This document shows positions 25,310 to 33,588 of a DNA stretch of 64,000 bases, piece after piece. Within the stretch, counting starts at the first letter, position 1. Every line of letters begins with the position of its first letter. A program made the translations under genes and the position numbers. This DNA is from an uncultured Spirochaetota bacterium (GTDB lineage: Bacteria > Spirochaetota > Spirochaetia > SZUA-6 > Fen-1364): positions 25,821 to 89,820 of the forward strand of contig CAVWBF010000015.1 of the NCBI GenBank assembly GCA_963753085.1, read 5' to 3'. Below the pieces are notes generated by a model. That model had not been told where the DNA came from. It did no database searches and saw only the letters and a program-made list of their open reading frames with translations.

Positions 25310-25402
25310 GGCACTTGCGCAGCAAGTGCCGGGAGCCCCCGCAGCAATTGCGCGAAGCGCAATTGCCAGCCCGATGGCGCTTTGCGCAGCAAAGAGCCGT
25401 CG
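25310..25402. repeat. three tandem related hairpins in the smpB-ssrA spacer
   Basis: Hairpin 1, 25310-25330: GGCACTTGC-GCA-GCAAGTGCC, 9 bp perfect. Hairpin 2, 25344-25366: GCAATTGCGC-GAA-GCGCAATTGC, 10 bp perfect. Hairpin 3, 25376-25398: GGCGCTTTGC-GCA-GCAAAGAGCC, 10 bp with 1 mismatch, extendable to 25372-25402. All have 3-nt loops closed by TTGC/GCAA-type sequence. Confidence 0.6.
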
Positions 25403-25437
25403 GGCCTTAGGGCTCTTTCGGGCCCTCGAGCCGAGCG

Positions 25438-25902
25438 CTACTTTATCCTGTACTCGCGCTCGATCTCTCTCTTCTGGTCTCTCTTCCGGATATCGTCTCG
25501 CTTGTCAAAGAACCTCTTGCCTTTTGCGATGCCAAGCTCGCACTTCACGATGCCACGTTTAAGATAGAACTTGAGAGGAACGAGGGTCAAGCCTTTCTCA
25601 TCGGTAACGCGCGCCAGGCGCTTGATCTCCTTGCGATGGACAAGGAGCTTCCTCCTGCGCAGCGGCTCATGATTGACCCGGTTGCCGAATGCGTACGGGG
25701 TGACATGGAAGTCTATGAGCCATAGCTCGCCTTTTTCCACGAGGGCGTACGAGTCTGCGAAGGAGAACCTTCCTTCCTTGATGGATTTGACCTCGGTCCC
25801 CACGAGAGAGATCCCGCACTCGAAGGATTCCTGGATGGCATAGTTGAACCTCGCTTTCCTGTTGACCGCGAGGACCTTGATCCCGCCTTCTGTCTTTGCC
25901 AT
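25438..25902 (-). CDS. smpB: SsrA-binding protein SmpB
   Basis: ORF 25438..25968. Start moved to ATG 25902 (MAKTEGGIKVLAVNRKARFNY), downstream of the preceding gene's stop at 25920. GISLVGTEVKSIK, HEPLRRRKLLVHRKEI and the basic C-terminal tail are canonical SmpB. Confidence 0.9.
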   Translation of the reverse strand: MAKTEGGIKVLAVNRKARFNYAIQESFECGISLVGTEVKSIKEGRFSFADSYALVEKGELWLIDFHVTPYAFGNRVNHEPLRRRKLLVHRKEIKRLARVTDEKGLTLVPLKFYLKRGIVKCELGIAKGKRFFDKRDDIRKRDQKREIEREYRIK

Positions 25903-25919
25903 AGAAAACGCCTGGCCGG

Positions 25920-27557
25920 CTAACGTCTTGCCAGCGCCACCCGGAATCCAAGATACGCAGTGGACCATTCGGCGGGCTGCGCACCCCGTGTGTAGACCCT
26001 CATCTGCTCTGACTGGTTCCCCCAGCCTCCGCCCCTGACCACCCGGTCGGGTCCAGCAGGGTAGGCCTTCTCATACGATGCATTCAAGTGCGGATCAAGG
26101 GACGAAAGAAGGTAGCTGGAGGGCGCGTACGGGTCCAGGCACCACACCCAGACGTTACCCATCATATCGCGAAGCCCGTAGCCGTTCGGCTCCGATGCGC
26201 CTGCCCGCGCCGGACCTGTAATCCCCTTGTGGAAGAACACCGTGGCACCGGGCTTCTCCCCGAGGGGGTAGGGAACGCCGCGAAGCCCGCCTCGTGCAGC
26301 CCATTCCCACTCACTCTCGTAGGGCAGCCTGGCGATGGAGCCGGGCAGGGTGGCCTGGACGGCGGGTGTCAGCCATTGGCAGAAAGCGGCGGCGGCCGGG
26401 TAGGAGACAAAGGTTACGGGAAGATCCTCGCTGCCCGCCGGAGGTCTGCCATTCACCCAGTTGGACAGGTACGAATCATCCGCAAGGCCGCTGGCGGCAA
26501 GTTGGGAGACATTCGCGGGGCTCCACTGCTGGACCTCAGCCACGAAAGCGGCAAACTGTCTGTTCGTGACTTCCGTTTCTCCAAGGTAGAACGAGTCAAC
26601 GGCCACGGGGTGGGGGAGGAGCTGGTCCACCGTCTTTCCAAGCGAGTCCAGGTTGTCGTCACGACCCATGGTGAGCTCCCCCGTGGGAACGGTGCGGTAG
26701 CTCGCGCCCCTGAGGACGAGCAGCCTTCCGCCAGCGCCCTCGGATGGAGGAAACCTGGCCGCATAGTATTTGGACATTCTCTCCCGGTAACTCGTGAGAT
26801 GGCTCTGGACCCAGTCTGCCGCGGCAAGCTTGTTTGCCTTATCCCTCGCTAGAATCAGGAGAAGCCAGAAGGGAAAATTATCATACTTCTGTTTAACTTG
26901 TATGGAATCTTCTACAAAACTCACGAACGAGGATGGTGTCAGGAACGTGCCCTCTGAAGACGCGCGTGCTGCAGCAAGAAGCAACTCCCTCAGCTGAGAC
27001 TCGGAGGTTACGTAGCGAGCTGCGTTGTCCAGAAAGTCATACATCTTCAACCGGGAACTATCGTCGGTAGTGGCTCTGGAAGTGTCGGAGAGTATCTGAG
27101 GGATTTCCGGGTTCTTCTGAAAATCACCAAGCGACCAGGAAAGCAGGCCGTCAAGGTCCGTCACGCTCAGCGCTTGTTTGGTGGATTTGGTGTCAGGGAA
27201 AAGCAGGGTGGCAAAAACCCGGCCCCGTACGCTCTCTTTCAAGGTTACGGGAGCGTAGAAGGGCTTGCTGATCTCCACCGTTCGCTCGCCGCGCCTCATG
27301 AAGACGGTGCAGGGAGTGCTTCCCGCATACTGGCCGTCCACCTTCACCGTCGCCTTGTCCGGATACGTCGTGACCGCAAGAAACGATCCGCGAGCGTGCA
27401 TACCGGGATACAGAAGGATGAAAAAAAGGATGACGATCAAGACGACCGCGTAGAAACCAATGAGATATGAGCCGGGCCGAACGCCAAGAATTGGTTTCAG
27501 ACGGACGACAGTATCGTCTTGAGGGCTCTGGGACCCGTTGCGGTCCTTTTTCGACAT
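25920..27557 (-). CDS. membrane-anchored PEGA-domain / formylglycine-generating-enzyme (SUMF1/FGE-sulfatase) domain protein
   Basis: ORF 25920..27815. Start moved to ATG 27557 (MSKKDRN), because the longer version overlaps divergent lepB. TM helix YLIGFYAVVLIVILFFILLY. PEGA-like segment TTYPDKATVKVDGQYAGSTPC. C-terminal FGE motifs: YLGETEVTNRQF, GLRDMMGNVWVWC, VVRGGGW, GFRVA. Confidence 0.75.
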   Translation of the reverse strand: MSKKDRNGSQSPQDDTVVRLKPILGVRPGSYLIGFYAVVLIVILFFILLYPGMHARGSFLAVTTYPDKATVKVDGQYAGSTPCTVFMRRGERTVEISKPFYAPVTLKESVRGRVFATLLFPDTKSTKQALSVTDLDGLLSWSLGDFQKNPEIPQILSDTSRATTDDSSRLKMYDFLDNAARYVTSESQLRELLLAAARASSEGTFLTPSSFVSFVEDSIQVKQKYDNFPFWLLLILARDKANKLAAADWVQSHLTSYRERMSKYYAARFPPSEGAGGRLLVLRGASYRTVPTGELTMGRDDNLDSLGKTVDQLLPHPVAVDSFYLGETEVTNRQFAAFVAEVQQWSPANVSQLAASGLADDSYLSNWVNGRPPAGSEDLPVTFVSYPAAAAFCQWLTPAVQATLPGSIARLPYESEWEWAARGGLRGVPYPLGEKPGATVFFHKGITGPARAGASEPNGYGLRDMMGNVWVWCLDPYAPSSYLLSSLDPHLNASYEKAYPAGPDRVVRGGGWGNQSEQMRVYTRGAQPAEWSTAYLGFRVALARR

Positions 27558-27630
27558 GGGCGGATTATAGGAACGCCTCCATCGCTTGTCAACGATTCGG
27601 TTCCCGTGATACCCTGAAAACGGAGCCCGA

Positions 27631-28671
27631 ATGGCAGAAAATACGAACAGCGCGTGGATGCAGCGGGAGAAGAACGTCCAGGCGGTCACCGAGCGTTTCC
27701 TCACGTGGAGGAAACGGCGGCAGCTTCGCCGCAAGGCAAGGCAGAAGAGGCGTAACCCCGTCGTGGACTGGATCGATGCCATCGCCTCGGCCGTTGTCAT
27801 TGTGCTGGTCATCAACCAGTACCTCCTGCAGGCCTACCAGATTCCTTCCCCGTCCATGGAACCGAGCCTCCTGGTCAGCGACCGTATTTTCGTCAACAAG
27901 ATTGTCTACGGACCCGAGCTCGTCCCTGGAATGCTGAAAATGCCGGGCTTCAAGGTCCCCGCCCGGGGAGACGTGATCATTTTCGAAAGTCCCGAATACA
28001 TTTCCAGCGGTCCCATCAAGGACATTCTTCAGCGGATCATCTACATGGTCACGCTCTCCCTCGTGGACATCGACAAGGACGAGTTCGGCCAGCCCAAGCA
28101 CCACTTCCTGATCAAGCGGGCCATCGGAACGGGCAATGACCGCATCCGCATGCGGGAAGGCAACGTGGAGATCCTCACCCCGGGAGAAACCACCTGGATG
28201 CCGGAATCCAAAATGAAGGAAACCCTGGGGATGAGCTACCCGGTGGTGCGGATGTTCAAACCCGACGAATACAAGTTCTTTCGGGATGCTGGCATCGGCA
28301 TCGCGCTCCAGGAGGCGGGGCTGCCTGCGACGGAGGACCAGAAGGCGGCCATTTCCCGCTACTATGAGACGTCGCAGGATACCAGTGGAAACGTGGACTT
28401 CCGCATGCGGGCTCTCAACGATGAGATCTACGTGAACCAGTGGCAGTATCGCACCGAGTGGGCCATGGAGCCCTACAACTTCTCCAAGGCCGCCTATTGG
28501 CGGCTCTTGCAGGAGGGCTACTATGTGCCACAGGGGAGAATCTTCCCCATGGGCGACAATCGCGACAACTCGCGGGACGCGCGGTATTTCGGCACGGTGA
28601 GCCTGGACAAGGTCCTCGGGAAGGGATTGTTCAGGTACTGGCCGCTGTACAGGTTCGGTGTCGTCAGGTAG
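27631..28671 (+). CDS. lepB: signal peptidase I
   Basis: 346 aa. Catalytic boxes IPSPSMEPSL (Ser), RGDVIIF, KRAIGTGNDRI (Lys) and GDNRDNSRDARYFG. Confidence 0.9.
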   Translation: MAENTNSAWMQREKNVQAVTERFLTWRKRRQLRRKARQKRRNPVVDWIDAIASAVVIVLVINQYLLQAYQIPSPSMEPSLLVSDRIFVNKIVYGPELVPGMLKMPGFKVPARGDVIIFESPEYISSGPIKDILQRIIYMVTLSLVDIDKDEFGQPKHHFLIKRAIGTGNDRIRMREGNVEILTPGETTWMPESKMKETLGMSYPVVRMFKPDEYKFFRDAGIGIALQEAGLPATEDQKAAISRYYETSQDTSGNVDFRMRALNDEIYVNQWQYRTEWAMEPYNFSKAAYWRLLQEGYYVPQGRIFPMGDNRDNSRDARYFGTVSLDKVLGKGLFRYWPLYRFGVVR

Positions 28672-28677
28672 GAAGGG

Positions 28678-29427
28678 ATGATCAGTTCCGTCGAGCGATA
28701 TTCCTCCTCCATTCGAAAGAGGAGAGCGTCGCTCATGGGATCACGGACTTTCCGGGTCCTCCTCATCGCATTCATCCTGTACCTCGTTGTCTCTCATTTC
28801 CTGGTGGCCACTTTCCGCGTGGAATCCGTATCCATGGAGCCGGAGATCAGCCCAGCTGACCGGGTGATGGTCAGCCTGCTCGCCTTCGGCCCCCTCGTTC
28901 CCTTCTCCCATTCCCGGTTCCCAGGCCTGGGACTGCCGGAGCGCGGGGACATGGTCATTGTCCAGCCGCCTTTCTACGACGATGAGCCGGCCATCCAGCG
29001 GTTCTTCCAGCCCATCGTGAGCTTCTTCACGCTGCAGAAGGCAACTCTTCGCCGGGACCTCTACGGAGGCAGGGTGGCCAGCTACATGGTGAAGCGCGTT
29101 ATCGGCTTGCCGGGAGACACCATCCGGCTTACCGGCTACAAGGCCTGGGTCAAGCCGCGCGGCGCATCGGACTTCGTGCCGGAAGACCTGCTGATCAGCT
29201 CGCGCTACTCCATGCGGTCCACGCTGAGAACCCCGGGCTGGACGTCGTCCCTTCCTTTTTCCGGTAACATGGACCCGCTGGTCCTCGGCGAGGGCCAGTA
29301 CTTCGTGCTCGGCGACAACCGGCCGGAATCCAGCGACAGCAGGTCCTGGGGTCCTGTCTCCGCGGACAGGATCATGGGCAAGGTGATCTATCGATACTGG
29401 CCGCCCCGATTCATTGGAAAGCTCTGA
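28678..29427 (+). CDS. lepB: signal peptidase I (second, tandem paralogue)
   Basis: 249 aa. VESVSMEPEI, RGDMVIV, KRVIGLPGDTI and GDNRPESSDSRSWGPV. Confidence 0.85.
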   Translation: MISSVERYSSSIRKRRASLMGSRTFRVLLIAFILYLVVSHFLVATFRVESVSMEPEISPADRVMVSLLAFGPLVPFSHSRFPGLGLPERGDMVIVQPPFYDDEPAIQRFFQPIVSFFTLQKATLRRDLYGGRVASYMVKRVIGLPGDTIRLTGYKAWVKPRGASDFVPEDLLISSRYSMRSTLRTPGWTSSLPFSGNMDPLVLGEGQYFVLGDNRPESSDSRSWGPVSADRIMGKVIYRYWPPRFIGKL

Positions 29428-30643
29428 GATTTCCGTATCCCTCTATGTCCATGTTCCTTTCTGCGAGGACAAATGCCTCTACTGCAACTTCTACTCTCTT
29501 CCGCGGCGCTCGGTTCATGTGGACATCCAGGAAGCTGTTGTAGAGCAGACCATCCAGCAGGCGCAATTCCTCACTGAGGCCCTGGGATACCACGCCCCGC
29601 CAGCTACCATCTTCATGGGCGGCGGAACTCCCAGTGCCCTTCAGCGTCCGCTGCTTCAACGCCTCCTCTCGTCCCTCGGGGATCCGGGCTGCAGCGAATG
29701 GACCGTTGAAGCCAATCCTGAGTCGCTGGATGCCGAGTTCCTGGACCTCTGCTCCGCGGCCGGCGTGTCGCGGCTCAGCGTCGGGGTGCAGAGCACAGAC
29801 GACAGGCACCTGCGTACGCTCAAGAGGTCCGCGAGCCGCGCAGATGTCCTCGGCGGCGCTGCATTTCTTCGAGATCGATGGCAAGGCGACGTGAATCTCG
29901 ACTTCATCGCCGGCATACCCGGCCAGGAGCCACCCGATGTTCTTGCCGACCTGAAGCTCCTGGACGAGCTGTCGGTGCCGCATGTCTCGCTGTACTCCCT
30001 GACGTATGAGCCTGACACGCCCCTTGCGCGCCTTGCGGAGAACGGCGGAATTCGACCCAACTCGCCGCAAAAAGATGAAGAGCTGTGGTTCGCGGGTGTT
30101 GATGAGCTTCAACGTCGAAGCTACTGTCATTACGAGGTATCGAACTTCTGCAGACCCGGGAAGGAATGCCGGCACAACCTCCGCTACTGGCGGCTTCTGC
30201 CGTACATCGGCGCGGGCCCGGGTGCTGTCTCAACCCTTCCCGCGGAGCCTGTCGCGCGGGCGTTCGGAAGGCCCGAGCTAGCGGAGCGAGGGGGAGTGCT
30301 CCGCGTGAGCAATCCGCGCAACATCCAGGCGTTCCTTTCGGGCCGCGATGGCCTTTGGGGTGCCGAGCTCGAGCTGATATCATCGACTGACTTCCTCCTG
30401 GAGACGCTGATGATGGGGCTGAGGCTGGAGGAAGGAATCTCCGCCCTGCAGTTCCGGGAGAGGTTTGGAAGCCCCTTCGACGAAATCTTTCCCGGGCTCT
30501 GGAGGCGCTGGGTGGAAAGGGGAGCCGCCCGACCTTCCGGTGCGCGCCTTGCTTTGAGTCACTCCGGCAGGATGATCCTCGACGGCCTGCTGTCGGAGAT
30601 CCAGATGCCGGATGACGCGCGCCTTCACGTGTCCTGGCCCTGA
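29414..30643 (+). CDS. hemW: radical SAM family heme chaperone HemW (HemN-like, oxygen-independent coproporphyrinogen oxidase family)
   Basis: TTG start overlapping the lepB stop. SLYVHVPFCEDKCLYCNF carries the CxxxCxxC radical SAM cluster. GGGTPS and a HemN_C-like C-terminus. Confidence 0.85.
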   Translation: MESSEISVSLYVHVPFCEDKCLYCNFYSLPRRSVHVDIQEAVVEQTIQQAQFLTEALGYHAPPATIFMGGGTPSALQRPLLQRLLSSLGDPGCSEWTVEANPESLDAEFLDLCSAAGVSRLSVGVQSTDDRHLRTLKRSASRADVLGGAAFLRDRWQGDVNLDFIAGIPGQEPPDVLADLKLLDELSVPHVSLYSLTYEPDTPLARLAENGGIRPNSPQKDEELWFAGVDELQRRSYCHYEVSNFCRPGKECRHNLRYWRLLPYIGAGPGAVSTLPAEPVARAFGRPELAERGGVLRVSNPRNIQAFLSGRDGLWGAELELISSTDFLLETLMMGLRLEEGISALQFRERFGSPFDEIFPGLWRRWVERGAARPSGARLALSHSGRMILDGLLSEIQMPDDARLHVSWP

Positions 30644-30703
30644 TTGACTTCCGTTTTTTTTTCGTGATACGCTTGCGGAAACTTCACCAGGAGAAGGGGA
30701 AAC

Positions 30704-31447
30704 ATGTCGGGCCATAGCAAATGGCATACAATCAAGCACAAGAAAGGCGTTGCTGACGCCAAGCGCGGGCAGATGTTCACCAAGCTGATCAAAGAGATCA
30801 GCATCTCCGCGCGCCACGGCGGCGGTGACCCTGAGACGAACCCTCGACTTCGCACCGTCATCCTCAAGGCCAAGGCGAGCAACATGCCCAAGGACAACAT
30901 CGACCGGGCCATCAAGAAAGGCACGGGCGAGCTGGAGGGCGTGAGCTACGAGGAGATCCTCTACGAAGCCTACGGACCGGGCGGCGTCGCCATGCTCATC
31001 GACGTCCTCACGGACAACAAGAACCGTGCGGCCGCGGAGATCCGCAACCTCCTGAACAAGGGGGGCGGGAGCCTCGGGGCAGCGGGGAGCGTCTCCTACC
31101 TGTTCAAGCGGAAAGGCCTCATTACCTACGATGCCTCGAAGTACAAGGAGGACGACATCCTCGCCGCGGCTCTTGAAGCCGGCGCGGAGGACGTGTCCAG
31201 CGACGGAGACTCCATCGAAGTCTCCACCTCGCCTGAGGACTTCGAGAACGTGGTCAAGGCCCTGGAAGCAGCCGGGTTCGAGCACACCATGGCAGAGATT
31301 GCGCGCGTCGCTGACACCAACGTCACCTTGGACAACGACAAGACGCAGAAGGCGCTGCGGCTGGTGGAGAACCTGGAAGACCACGAGGATGTTCAGAATG
31401 TCGCGACAAATCTGGAGATCCCTGCCGGATTTGTCATGAGCGAGTGA
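30704..31447 (+). CDS. yebC: YebC/PmpR family DNA-binding transcriptional regulator
   Basis: MSGHSKWHTIKHKKGVADAKRGQMFTKLIKEI is the invariant YebC N-terminus. 247 aa. Confidence 0.9.
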   Translation: MSGHSKWHTIKHKKGVADAKRGQMFTKLIKEISISARHGGGDPETNPRLRTVILKAKASNMPKDNIDRAIKKGTGELEGVSYEEILYEAYGPGGVAMLIDVLTDNKNRAAAEIRNLLNKGGGSLGAAGSVSYLFKRKGLITYDASKYKEDDILAAALEAGAEDVSSDGDSIEVSTSPEDFENVVKALEAAGFEHTMAEIARVADTNVTLDNDKTQKALRLVENLEDHEDVQNVATNLEIPAGFVMSE

Positions 31448-31473
31448 TGTCACGGCCGGTTCCGTGACCGCGC

Positions 31474-31971
31474 ATGAGGACGCTCATCGGGATTGACCCC
31501 GGGCTTGCGGCCACCGGCTGGGGCGTCGTTCGATTTGACGGCTCACGCTTCTTTCACGTGGCGCATGGAGTCGTTCACACGGATTCCCAGGCATCCCTTT
31601 CTGCGCGCCTCTTGACCATTCACGGCGCCATTCGAAAGCTCCTGCTCAAGTACGGTCCGACGGAGGCCGGGGTGGAGGAGCTGTATTTCTCCCGCAACGC
31701 ATCCAGCGCAATGCAGGTGGCTCACGCCCGCGGTGTGGTGCTCCTTGCTCTCGGCCAGAAGGGGATCCCCGTGGAGTGTTATTCACCGCAGCATGTCAAA
31801 GCTGCGGTCATCGGCAGGGGGAGGGCAGACAAGGACCAGGTGCAGCGCCTCGTGGGCGTGGTGCTTGGCCTCGAAAAGCTGCCCGCGCCGGACCACGCGG
31901 CGGACGCCCTCGCCGTTGCCATCTGCCACGCCAACAGGTCACAGGTCAATGTTCAACAGCGTCACTGGTGA
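31474..31971 (+). CDS. ruvC: crossover junction endodeoxyribonuclease RuvC
   Basis: LIGIDPGLAATGWGVV (catalytic Asp), EELYF, and DHAADALAVAICH at the C-terminus. Confidence 0.9.
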   Translation: MRTLIGIDPGLAATGWGVVRFDGSRFFHVAHGVVHTDSQASLSARLLTIHGAIRKLLLKYGPTEAGVEELYFSRNASSAMQVAHARGVVLLALGQKGIPVECYSPQHVKAAVIGRGRADKDQVQRLVGVVLGLEKLPAPDHAADALAVAICHANRSQVNVQQRHW

Positions 31972-32548
31972 GATCACCTTCAAGGGGGAGGAAAGGCTCT
32001 GCCTCCAGACGGGCGGAGTCGAGTGGGAAATGGTCGTCCCGCGCCGCGCGCTGGACAGGCTGCCTCCTGTCGGTGAGGTTGTCCGAATCTACACCCACCT
32101 CCTCCATCGCGAGGACGCCATGCGCCTGTACGGGTTCTCGGACCCGGCGGAGAGAGCGTTGTTCCTGGACCTCCAGAAGGTGGAGGGAGTTGGACCGCGC
32201 GGCGCCCTCAAAGTGCTTTCCGGTGTGGATCGAAACCAGTTTGCCGAGGCCCTGGAGCGGGACGATGTGGAAGCCCTCTCCGCCCTTCCAGGCATCGGGA
32301 AAAAGACCGCTCAAAAAATCATCCTCACCCTCAAGGGAAAGCTGACTCCAGCGGCGGAAGGCGCGCGGCGCTCCGCGGAAGACGATATCGCCACGGCCCT
32401 TGTCGGCATGGGCTTCGACAGGAGGACCGCAAAGGACGCCGTCATGACAGCCATGAAGGCCCTCGGCGGCTCCCAGATGAAGGACGAAGAGCTCGAGCGG
32501 GAGCTCTTCAAGCGCGCCGTGGCAATTGCCGGCGGGGAGACGCCGTGA
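31949..32548 (+). CDS. ruvA: Holliday junction DNA helicase subunit RuvA
   Basis: Within ORF 31733..32548. Start at ATG 31949 (MFNSVTGEITFKGEE) overlaps the ruvC end. LYGF, LQKVEGVGPRGALKVLSG and LPGIGKKTAQKIIL are HhH motifs. Confidence 0.9.
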   Translation: MFNSVTGEITFKGEERLCLQTGGVEWEMVVPRRALDRLPPVGEVVRIYTHLLHREDAMRLYGFSDPAERALFLDLQKVEGVGPRGALKVLSGVDRNQFAEALERDDVEALSALPGIGKKTAQKIILTLKGKLTPAAEGARRSAEDDIATALVGMGFDRRTAKDAVMTAMKALGGSQMKDEELERELFKRAVAIAGGETP

Positions 32549-33588
32549 AAGACCGCCCTCGGGATCCCACCCCGCGACTCCCGAACCCCGACTTCAACCA
32601 GGCAGACGACGGTGAAGAGCTCTCGCTGAGGCCCCGCTTCCTCTCGGAGTTCGTTGGACAGGAGAAGCTCAAGGAGAACCTGGCTGTCTATATCGAAGCG
32701 GCGAAAAAACGCGGCGAGCACCTGGATCATGTCTTTCTCTCCGGTCCTCCCGGCCTGGGAAAGACGACCCTTGCGGCTATTGTTGCCAACGAGCTTGGCG
32801 TGCAATTCCGGGCAACTTCGGCTCCAGCCCTTGAAAAGCCGGGAGACCTTGCCGCGATCCTCACGAGCGTCGGAGAACGCAATATCTTCTTCATCGATGA
32901 GATTCACCGGCTGAAGCCCGTTGTCGAAGAGATGCTGTATTCCGCCATGGAGGATTTCGAGATCGATGTCGTGATCGGCCAGGGCCCCGGGGCGCGGACA
33001 ATCAAGATACCCCTTCCGCCTTTCACCCTCGTGGGTGCCACCACGAAAACCGGCCTCGTGTCGAGCCCTTTGTATTCCCGGTTCGGCATTCCCATGCGTC
33101 TGGATTTCTACGACCCTGCCGAGATCAGGAAGATCCTGTTCCGATCAGCCGGAATTCTCTCAATTACGGTGGAAGAGAGCGCCGCGGAGATGGTGTCCCG
33201 GTGCTCGCGCGGGACACCACGGATTGCCAACAGGATTCTTCGGCGGATGAGGGACTTTGCCCAGGTCTGGGGCCGGGGCGTGATCGACCTGCCCATCGTA
33301 ACGCGCGGGCTGGAGTCGCTGGAGATAGACGCGCGCGGCCTGGACAAGCTGGACCGGGAGATCCTGCGCACCCTCGTGGAAAAGTACGCCGGAGGGCCCG
33401 TCGGGTCTGAAACCATTGCGATCTCCATCGGTGAGGCCGTGGACACCCTGGAAGACGTTTATGAGCCTTACCTCATCCAGATCGGTTTCCTCAAGCGCAC
33501 GCCGCGTGGCAGAGTGGCTACGGACGGAGCGTGGGAGCACCTCGGTATCAAGCGGACAGCGCGTGGAGACCAGTCTCTTCTCTTTTGA
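32545..33588 (+). CDS. ruvB: Holliday junction DNA helicase RuvB
   Basis: GTG start overlapping the ruvA stop. LRPRFLSEFVGQEKLKENL, Walker A GPPGLGKTTLA, FIDEIHRL, TRGTPRIANRILRR. Confidence 0.95.
   Translation: MKDRPRDPTPRLPNPDFNQADDGEELSLRPRFLSEFVGQEKLKENLAVYIEAAKKRGEHLDHVFLSGPPGLGKTTLAAIVANELGVQFRATSAPALEKPGDLAAILTSVGERNIFFIDEIHRLKPVVEEMLYSAMEDFEIDVVIGQGPGARTIKIPLPPFTLVGATTKTGLVSSPLYSRFGIPMRLDFYDPAEIRKILFRSAGILSITVEESAAEMVSRCSRGTPRIANRILRRMRDFAQVWGRGVIDLPIVTRGLESLEIDARGLDKLDREILRTLVEKYAGGPVGSETIAISIGEAVDTLEDVYEPYLIQIGFLKRTPRGRVATDGAWEHLGIKRTARGDQSLLF

Noticed and set aside
25078-25392. 104-aa ORF overlapping ssrA on the same strand (contains MAKTQLPITQISQWLLNC...)
   Set aside because: It is the wrong-frame translation of the tmRNA itself. 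The RNA gene signals (acceptor stem, T-arm, tag ORF ending AA-stop in another frame) explain the region.
25903-25968. Longer smpB start at 25968, and longer FGE-protein start at 27815
   Set aside because: The extensions overlap the neighbouring genes (the upstream stop at 25920; divergent lepB from 27631) and add non-family sequence. Internal ATGs give family-typical N-termini.
31733-31948. 72-codon N-terminal extension of the ruvA ORF
   Set aside because: This part overlaps ruvC in another frame and translates to Arg/Ser/Pro-rich junk. The RuvA family N-terminus (MFNSVTGEI) begins at 31949.
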